IMG/VR virus record: IMGVR_UViG_3300045988_123035
Location: 1 to 16,123 of that record
Strand: one strand, 5' to 3'
Length of the DNA: 16,123 bases
Source: a virus
Shown here in pieces: positions 7,015 through 12,090 of the stretch (its first letter is position 1; the number at the start of each line of letters is the position of its first letter). A model generated the notes under the pieces. It had not been told where the DNA came from, ran no database searches, and saw only the letters and a program-made list of their open reading frames with translations. The translations under genes and the position numbers were made by a program.

Positions 7015-8124
7015 CTACCTACCTTTCCCTAAAAATGGTTTTAAATAGTATATAAACGGTGTCTTTCTTGCACTTGGAATAGGTGCTACACCGTATATAT
7101 TGATAGTACAATTTTGATAAATATTTGCATCACTTAAAATAAAGAAACGTATAACAACTCTCCGCAATGCTGTAACATTTACTTTGATATAGCAATAACC
7201 TCTTTCTTTTTTAACAAGTTCCGCACCATATGGTACATTAACTCCCCAATCATAATTTGATCTTACATTAAACCTAACAACAGTACCAACGTTTGCTCTC
7301 TGGCTATACGGTGTTACGTTAATTTCGGGGATGGGTGGCGCGGGTCTGTTTATCCCAATCTGGCATTGTGCAGTAACGCTCTGGCTATCAACCAACCAAA
7401 AGTTTACAACGCTTGTAACTTGTGCGCCGTTTGCGTTTCCGCTAACGATCAAAGCATTATCTTCTTTTGTCGCGGCTAAATACTGTCCAAGATTATAAGT
7501 CCATTCAGAGTTAGCATTAACTGTAATTCTAACGCTTCCCCCATCTATTATACTAGCACTAATAGGCTCTATTGTCAAGACTTTTATTTCCGGCGGCAAG
7601 ATTCCATGCATTTTATTATAAATCTGTTCCGAGTAATCAGCCCTAGTTTCTTGCGCGCCTATTCCTTGATCTTGCGGCTTTTCGTAGTTATGTAGTACAT
7701 AATCACTAGCGCTTCTAAAATCACTTGCATTTAATAAAACGTCTAGTGTAGAGCGGTAAGAGCCTGTTAATTCTTCTGTTGCAAAAGCAATTCCAAGTTC
7801 TAGTGCTCCTATGCTAGTTCCCATTTGTTCTTTTAGATTATATAGTCCTAATTTTCTGCCGGATGATGTCCATTGTGCAAATCCATAACCTTTTTGATCG
7901 TAGACAAAGCTATTTTTGCTATATTCCCCGCTATCAACCTTATTTGTATAATTAACACTAGGTGTCCAAGGTGGTGCAACATTACCTTGTATACAATACG
8001 GTATTATATGACTCTCTGCATACCAATTACCCATTAAAGCCGCGCGCCCGATTTCGTTGGGTATTAAACTAGCAAGCGCTAACCAAGTTTGCCTTATATA
8101 TCCATAATCAACTATAGCCGCCAT
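7015..8124 (-). CDS. Tail-associated peptidoglycan hydrolase (phage tail lysozyme-type N-domain) with two tandem beta-domains (369 aa)
   Basis: N-terminal motifs LMGNWYAES, GYGFAQWTSSGR and HNYEKP fit the phage tail lysozyme family (GNxxxES / GxGxxQWT). The C-terminal half is an internal tandem duplication. ATG 8124 overlaps the ATPase TGA (TGATG). Confidence 0.65.
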   Translation of the reverse strand: MAAIVDYGYIRQTWLALASLIPNEIGRAALMGNWYAESHIIPYCIQGNVAPPWTPSVNYTNKVDSGEYSKNSFVYDQKGYGFAQWTSSGRKLGLYNLKEQMGTSIGALELGIAFATEELTGSYRSTLDVLLNASDFRSASDYVLHNYEKPQDQGIGAQETRADYSEQIYNKMHGILPPEIKVLTIEPISASIIDGGSVRITVNANSEWTYNLGQYLAATKEDNALIVSGNANGAQVTSVVNFWLVDSQSVTAQCQIGINRPAPPIPEINVTPYSQRANVGTVVRFNVRSNYDWGVNVPYGAELVKKERGYCYIKVNVTALRRVVIRFFILSDANIYQNCTINIYGVAPIPSARKTPFIYYLKPFLGKGR

Positions 8125-9176
8125 CACATCAACCTCACACTAAGTATATCAAGCACAATATCCTTACATTTCAGATCTTTAAACCTCAATAAACCTAAGT
8201 CGTAAGACCTCTTAAGATAGTCATAGATAAAACTCTGACTACTCAACATTAAAGTTTCTGCGTTATGACTGCTCGCGTCAAACGTAAAGCGATATTTACA
8301 ACTCTGGTCAACAGTCCTGTCAATATACACAATACCTTTTTCTGGGTACTCTCTAACTGCATAACTATCTTTCCCGCAAACGAGCGTAAATATATAGCGG
8401 CTGTTTCCGCTTACGCTTTCGACAAAAGCTGTTGCATCACACATATAAATACCATCAGCACTACTAATCTGATAAGTGCTATCTTTAAAAATTATACCGA
8501 GTTTGCAAAGTTTTAGTGCATTTTGCGCGTCTTTATTAACAACAAACTGCGCAACCCATCCATGACCACGCAAAAATTTAGTGTTATCTCTTAATCTCTT
8601 ATGTATACCAAAAAAAATAAAATAGGGATTTAAAAGTGTCACATAATTGCCGAGCATATAAACGGGCACTTCCCGCACCTGTTTTCCTTTACCTCTGCAT
8701 ATCGTCCTTAATGTACTCTCAAATTTTGTCAATTCATTTTTTAAATATCCGTTATTCTCAAGGACAAATTCATCAAAAACGATAAGTTCTACGTCTTTAA
8801 ACATTGGGCTGTATTTTTTAAGTTTATCGGTGTTGTTAAAGTATACAGCATATCCAAGTAGTTTAACATTATCATCTTTATCATGTAGCATCATAGCACT
8901 AATCAAACCTTTTACAATACTTTTATTAGTTACGACTTTTCCATACTCTGGACAACTGTCCAAAATATCTTCATACATCTTTCCACTGCTCGAAATTTCG
9001 TCCTGTGTCCGATACAAAAAGGCAACCTGTTTATCATTCTGTACATTTTTCAAACTTTCAATTAAAAGTGCCGTTGTCTTTCCGGCGCTACGGTTTCCAA
9101 TAATCATTCTCAAAATTGGTTCATCATTATCTAAGTCTTTTATGTTTTTTATACTATCAAGATTATAAAAAGACAT
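8124..9176 (-). CDS. DNA encapsidation (packaging) ATPase, phi29 gp16-like (350 aa)
   Basis: Walker A GNRSAGKT and Walker B LIVFDEF, at a size typical of phi29-type small packaging ATPases. The start is set at ATG 9176 (RBS AAAGGGGGAAA), because the longer ORF (to 9233) would run through the tRNA gene. Confidence 0.85.
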   Translation of the reverse strand: MSFYNLDSIKNIKDLDNDEPILRMIIGNRSAGKTTALLIESLKNVQNDKQVAFLYRTQDEISSSGKMYEDILDSCPEYGKVVTNKSIVKGLISAMMLHDKDDNVKLLGYAVYFNNTDKLKKYSPMFKDVELIVFDEFVLENNGYLKNELTKFESTLRTICRGKGKQVREVPVYMLGNYVTLLNPYFIFFGIHKRLRDNTKFLRGHGWVAQFVVNKDAQNALKLCKLGIIFKDSTYQISSADGIYMCDATAFVESVSGNSRYIFTLVCGKDSYAVREYPEKGIVYIDRTVDQSCKYRFTFDASSHNAETLMLSSQSFIYDYLKRSYDLGLLRFKDLKCKDIVLDILSVRLM

Positions 9177-9194
9177 TACGTTTCCCCCTTTAAA

Positions 9195-9265
9195 CTGGAC
9201 TAGCGGGAATCGAACCCGCATTGACGGAGTCAAAATCCGTTGTCTTACCGTTAAACGATAGTCCC
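9195..9265 (-). tRNA. tRNA-Gln (anticodon UUG), no encoded CCA
   Basis: Hand-folded cloverleaf. The acceptor is GGGACUA/UAGUCC(A), with a G1.A72 mismatch. The D arm is GUUU-AACGGUA-AGAC. The anticodon arm is ACGGA-UUUUGAC-UCCGU, with U33 and A37. The variable loop is CAAU. The T arm is GCGGG-UUCGAUU-CCCGC. The discriminator is G. Confidence 0.85.
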
Positions 9266-9266
9266 T

Positions 9267-9292
9267 AGAAATGTTTCACGTGAAACATTTCT
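9267..9292. promoter_or_regulatory. parS: parS-like perfect palindrome, copy 2 (26 bp; 16-bp core 9272..9287)
   Basis: AGAAATGTTTCACGTGAAACATTTCT. It overlaps the holin stop codon by 1 nt and ends 1 nt before the tRNA 5' end. Confidence 0.7.
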
Positions 9293-9621
9293 TATTTCTT
9301 AGGCGCTTTCTCCAAGATCTCTCTTATCTTTTCCGGCACTAACTTTTTATTGATTCTGCTCACATTTTCGAAAATACTGCCGATTTCCATTAAAATAATA
9401 TATACACAAATACTCTCGAGCACCGGAACATTGAATCCCATATCAAGATAACTCTGTCCGTAGTCGATCAGAAAGCCAACTGCCACAATTACAATTTCGC
9501 CGAACTTGTTAAAAAGTCCGTCACGCATTACACTGCTGTTAAAATTACTGTTTTTAACAGCCATAACAATTCCGGTAATAAAATCAAGTACAATAAACAA
9601 CATTACGATAACAATACTCAT
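9292..9621 (-). CDS. Holin (phiLC3 / Phage_holin_4_1-type), 109 aa
   Basis: Three hydrophobic segments and family-typical motifs: LDFITGIVMAVKN....S, then LMEIGSIFEN, then a basic C-tail (PEKIREILEKAPKK). RBS GAGGAG. Confidence 0.85.
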   Translation of the reverse strand: MSIVIVMLFIVLDFITGIVMAVKNSNFNSSVMRDGLFNKFGEIVIVAVGFLIDYGQSYLDMGFNVPVLESICVYIILMEIGSIFENVSRINKKLVPEKIREILEKAPKK

Positions 9622-9772
9622 TTTCTCCTCTTTTCTGCGGCGGTAGCAATTAACAGAATTACCGCCGCGTTGATAGTTTTAGAGTTTCGCGGCATCGGTT
9701 CGCACCAACCACGGCGCGGAGCACGGTTTTTCCCGTTGGTTTACGCTCGCAAAAACCAATCCGGTACTACTC

Positions 9773-9844
9773 CATAGACTCCAATTACGCGGACATAGGA
9801 CATTTTTGTAAGGATTAGGAGGAATTTCGTAATTGGAGTCTATG
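9773..9844. repeat. 17-bp perfect inverted repeat with 38-nt spacer
   Basis: CATAGACTCCAATTACG (9773..9789) pairs with CGTAATTGGAGTCTATG (9828..9844). Confidence 0.9.
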
Positions 9845-9942
9845 CAATAGTACCACATAAATTGTTGTTTTATGCCATGTACGGCAAGCCATGCCGCTCC
9901 ATGCCGGTTTCGCCGTACATGCCATAAATGTCATTCTTACGC

Positions 9943-9970
9943 CGTGCAATGCCGTGGGTGGCATTGCACG
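9943..9970 (-). other. GC-rich 11-bp stem-loop just after the SSB stop codon
   Basis: CGTGCAATGCC / GGCATTGCACG with a 6-nt loop. There is no U tract on either strand, so it is not a classical terminator. Confidence 0.45.
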
Positions 9971-9976
9971 ATGATC

Positions 9977-10375
9977 TTATCTGTCGAACGGGTTGTACGG
10001 CGTAGCGGGAACAAGCTTAGAAATGTCGATACCCTTAAGGTATGCACTCTGGTACTTCTTGCCCTTATACTTGCCCTCAACAACCTTAAACGCGATTTCA
10101 ACCACTGAATCCGTTCCAATCTCTTCCGCTTTGATCGCTGTTTCATCTTCCGGTTTCTGCTCGACACCATCGAGATAGACAGGGAAGTCAAACTGGGTGT
10201 GTGCCTTTACAAGCTTTGTACCGTCATCGGACGTTTTGACCGGACAGTCAATCTCTGTGTTAAGACCCGCTTTCTCGATCAGCTCCGCCGCGGCTTCATC
10301 TGTAATCTCTACCATAATGGAAAACTTTCCGTCATTGGAAAATGTGGAATAAACTCTACCTGTTGCGTATAACAT
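9977..10375 (-). CDS. Putative single-stranded DNA-binding protein (OB-fold type), 132 aa
   Basis: The start is set at ATG 10375 (RBS AAGGAG). It is a small protein in the replication module. The alternating beta-like pattern with the C-terminal ..VVEIAFKVVEGKYKGKKYQSAYLKGIDISKL resembles phage SSBs (DUF2815-like), and the phi29 p5 analogue has a similar size. Weak evidence; inferred. Confidence 0.35.
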   Translation of the reverse strand: MLYATGRVYSTFSNDGKFSIMVEITDEAAAELIEKAGLNTEIDCPVKTSDDGTKLVKAHTQFDFPVYLDGVEQKPEDETAIKAEEIGTDSVVEIAFKVVEGKYKGKKYQSAYLKGIDISKLVPATPYNPFDR

Positions 10376-10431
10376 AACTTTTTTCTCCTTTTCTGATTTG
10401 AATTTAATTATTGGTGTGCAATGTTGCAAGC

Positions 10432-10449
10432 ATGTTTCACGTGAAACAT
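10432..10449. promoter_or_regulatory. parS: parS-like perfect palindrome, copy 3 (18 bp; core 10433..10448)
   Basis: ATGTTTCACGTGAAACAT lies in the 99-bp spacer between the acidic ORF and the SSB gene. It is flanked by direct repeats AATGTTGC (10420..10427 and 10454..10461). Confidence 0.7.
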
Positions 10450-10474
10450 TTAGAATGTTGCTCGCTTACATTCT

Positions 10475-10756
10475 TTACTTCTTTGACGCTTTGTAAGCGT
10501 CGTATTCCTCTGCCGTCATTGAGTTCTCGATGAACGTAGACAGCGGCATGAAGCGGGTTTCCTCTTTCCGGTCAACCTCGATCAGATTACCTTTTGCAAT
10601 ACCGAAAGACTCTAAAATCTCGTCTCTTTCCGCCGCTGTAGTAATCTCATGATCCCATTCTACAACATCTCCCATTTTAATACCATCTTCTGCCGATACC
10701 GTCATAATCTGGTATAATACTTTTGTTGGGATAGTTCTGGAAATTACCTTTTCCAT
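10475..10756 (-). CDS. Hypothetical acidic early protein (93 aa)
   Basis: Good RBS (GAGAGGAAA) and an intact ORF. It lies directly upstream of the putative SSB, the position of dsDNA-binding p6 in phi29. No recognisable motif. Confidence 0.6.
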   Translation of the reverse strand: MEKVISRTIPTKVLYQIMTVSAEDGIKMGDVVEWDHEITTAAERDEILESFGIAKGNLIEVDRKEETRFMPLSTFIENSMTAEEYDAYKASKK

Positions 10757-10849
10757 TTTTTGTTTCCTCTCTTTCTTTAAATAATGTAGCGAAACTGCGT
10801 GACTTGTTAGCTTGCCATCGTCAGACTGTAAGTAGCTATCTTTCCAGTG

Positions 10850-10870
10850 ACGGGAGAATGTGTCTCCCGT
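10850..10870 (-). other. Stem-loop after the 60-aa ORF
   Basis: 8-bp stem ACGGGAGA/TCTCCCGT with a 5-nt loop, starting 5 nt after the TAG at 10876..10878. There is no U tract on the minus strand. Confidence 0.35.
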
Positions 10871-10875
10871 TTCGG

Positions 10876-11058
10876 CTATATTCTAATTGAAACTGCGGTG
10901 CTTGAAAATGTAGTAACTTTATAACCACCGTATTTTAAAACTAAATCAATCGCTTTACCGAGCTTAAAATCAATCGTATCTCCACTTACTATATAGATGG
11001 TTAGTTCTGTTTCGCTATTCCAATCTAAGTTACTTGCAAAAAGTTCTGTAAATGTCAT
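10876..11058 (-). CDS. Hypothetical early protein (60 aa)
   Basis: The start is set at ATG 11058 behind the conserved leader CAAGAAAGCGAGGAAACAAAG. The longer ORF (to 11184) would span this gene's own promoter and overlap the upstream gene. Confidence 0.55.
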   Translation of the reverse strand: MTFTELFASNLDWNSETELTIYIVSGDTIDFKLGKAIDLVLKYGGYKVTTFSSTAVSIRI

Positions 11059-11119
11059 CTTTGTTTCCTCGCTTTCTTGTTTGGTTGCTTTGTTGTTTTG
11101 TATGTTCCTTACATTATCT

Positions 11120-11147
11120 ATTATACGCTTATTGACGGAAATGTCAA
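11120..11147 (-). promoter_or_regulatory. SigA-type promoter (cassette 1)
   Basis: Minus strand: TTGACA, 16 nt, TATAAT, followed by the conserved TGTAAGGA leader start. Confidence 0.7.
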
Positions 11148-11156
11148 GAAATTTTT

Positions 11157-11360
11157 CTAAATTTTTAAATTTTCTTTTAAACAATTTAGAATTGTTTCTT
11201 TTATCTCAAGGTTAGCATCTATAACTTCTGGGGTTGATAATCCAAGTCCTACTAATAAATTATATAACCATAGTCCATTATAAATCATGTGCAAGCTAAT
11301 TTTATCATCAACCACTAATTTCAACACTGCATACACAGCTTCTTCTTTGCTTATTTTCAT
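11157..11360 (-). CDS. Hypothetical early protein (67 aa)
   Basis: The ATG is preceded by the conserved leader GCACAAGAAAGTGAGGA. Hydrophobic central segment (LWLYNLLVGLGL). Confidence 0.55.
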   Translation of the reverse strand: MKISKEEAVYAVLKLVVDDKISLHMIYNGLWLYNLLVGLGLSTPEVIDANLEIKETILNCLKENLKI

Positions 11361-11409
11361 ACAATAATCCTCACTTTCTTGTGCTTTTGTTTGTTATCCT
11401 TACATGATT

Positions 11410-11439
11410 ATAATATCATGTTTATTCTATTTTTGTCAA
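11410..11439 (-). promoter_or_regulatory. SigA-type promoter with extended -10 (cassette 2)
   Basis: Minus strand: TTGACA, then 18 nt ending in TGa, then TATTAT. Near-identical to the promoter at 12049..12077. Confidence 0.65.
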
Positions 11440-11447
11440 TATAATTT

Positions 11448-11681
11448 TTAAAAATTTTGGTTCTTTTGTTCCAATTTTTTCATCAATTCGATTTCTCTCT
11501 TTTCACTAATCGTCATATATTTTTGTCGTAAATCATTGATTGCGTCACAAACTGCTTTTATGTTTGCTTCCGGTACTCTGATAGCGGCGTAAATGTACAG
11601 CTTGCAAGTATTAAAGTCGGACGGTTCGAAGATATGTGCTTCAAACATACGAGATAACTCTAAGTACACTCTTTCTCTCAT
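11448..11681 (-). CDS. Hypothetical early protein (77 aa)
   Basis: ATG 11681 behind the GCACAAGAAAGTGAGGA leader. No recognisable motif. Confidence 0.55.
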   Translation of the reverse strand: MRERVYLELSRMFEAHIFEPSDFNTCKLYIYAAIRVPEANIKAVCDAINDLRQKYMTISEKREIELMKKLEQKNQNF

Positions 11682-11725
11682 TATTATTCCTCACTTTCTT
11701 GTGCTTTGTTATCCTTACACTATGT

Positions 11726-11752
11726 ATTATATACTTATACAGTATATGCCAA
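11726..11752 (-). promoter_or_regulatory. Possible SigA-type promoter (cassette 3, degenerate)
   Basis: Minus strand: TTGGCA, 15 nt, TATAAT, then the TGTAAGGATAAC leader. The short spacer makes this the weakest of the four. Confidence 0.35.
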
Positions 11753-11758
11753 GCAAAA

Positions 11759-12001
11759 TTACAACTTATTTATATATCTTGCCGACTTGTAGTCCATGTG
11801 ACTATCTACTACTATATATGCTACTAATTCGCGAATCGGAAAATCTGTTCTTCTTAAATACCGTTCTACTCTATAGTAAGTTCTATTTCCTACAACATAA
11901 ATTTCTTCTAAAGTGTAATGATGTGTAGAATTGATAAAATGAGTGTTTCTATCTATTGCGGATTTAAGCAATTTTCTCACTGTTTCTTTTCTTATTGCCA
12001 T
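11759..12001 (-). CDS. Hypothetical basic early protein (80 aa)
   Basis: The start is set at ATG 12001 (RBS GAGGA 6 nt upstream). The GTG at 12013 in the ORF track lies inside the RBS. Confidence 0.55.
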   Translation of the reverse strand: MAIRKETVRKLLKSAIDRNTHFINSTHHYTLEEIYVVGNRTYYRVERYLRRTDFPIRELVAYIVVDSHMDYKSARYINKL

Positions 12002-12048
12002 AGTATTCCTCACTTTCTTGTGCTTGTTGTTTATTTCCTTGCATGATT

Positions 12049-12077
12049 ATAATATCATGTTTATTCTATTTTGTCAA
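12049..12077 (-). promoter_or_regulatory. SigA-type promoter with extended -10 (cassette 4)
   Basis: Minus strand: TTGACA, then 17 nt ending in TGa, then TATTAT. It starts 14 nt after the polymerase stop codon. Confidence 0.65.
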
Positions 12078-12090
12078 TAGTAATTTTAAA

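Larger units (their letters stand above)
9622..9976. other. 355-bp structured, GC-enriched non-coding region (candidate pRNA gene and/or late-operon control region)
   Basis: No credible ORF on either strand. By hand count, 9661..9960 holds 147 G+C of 300, against clearly AT-rich flanks. It contains several long perfect or near-perfect helices and phased short repeats (see findings). Confidence 0.5.

Noticed and set aside
9177-9233. N-terminal extensions of ORFs in the track (9177..9233, 5366..5410, 10376..10429, 11059..11184, 2798..2842, 12002..12013, 957..965, 14730..14750)
   Set aside because: The extensions run through the tRNA gene, parS palindromes, hairpins or the gene's own promoter. 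Several start at GTG/TTG. In each case an internal ATG with a good GGAGG-type RBS is available.
9195-9265. Suppressor tRNA / alternative genetic code
   Set aside because: The anticodon loop reads UUUUGAC (anticodon UUG, standard Gln). All long ORFs are open under the standard bacterial code, with no in-frame stop clusters.
9847-9855. Extended -10-like TGgTACTAT on the minus strand as the late promoter
   Set aside because: It has no recognisable -35 and rests on a single weak hexamer. It cannot be supported without transcript mapping, so it is mentioned only as a place to look.
9815-9934. 39-aa minus-strand ORF (MTFMACTAKPAWSGMACRTWHK...) inside the structured non-coding region
   Set aside because: It has no Shine-Dalgarno sequence. 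Its apparent internal repeat simply reflects the CCATGCCG DNA repeats, and it crosses several strong helices.
8418-9988. Spo0A-box heptamers TGTCGAA (9982..9988; reverse complement at 8418..8424)
   Set aside because: Two exact 7-mers in 16 kb on two strands is about the chance expectation. Both are inside coding sequence and not near promoters.
11043-12090. CRISPR array or other tandem-repeat locus, suggested by the repeated ~88-bp modules and the four palindromes
   Set aside because: The repeat units are promoter/leader modules, each followed by a distinct ORF of 180-250 bp with RBS and start codon. The palindromes are kilobases apart. Neither fits repeat-spacer architecture.
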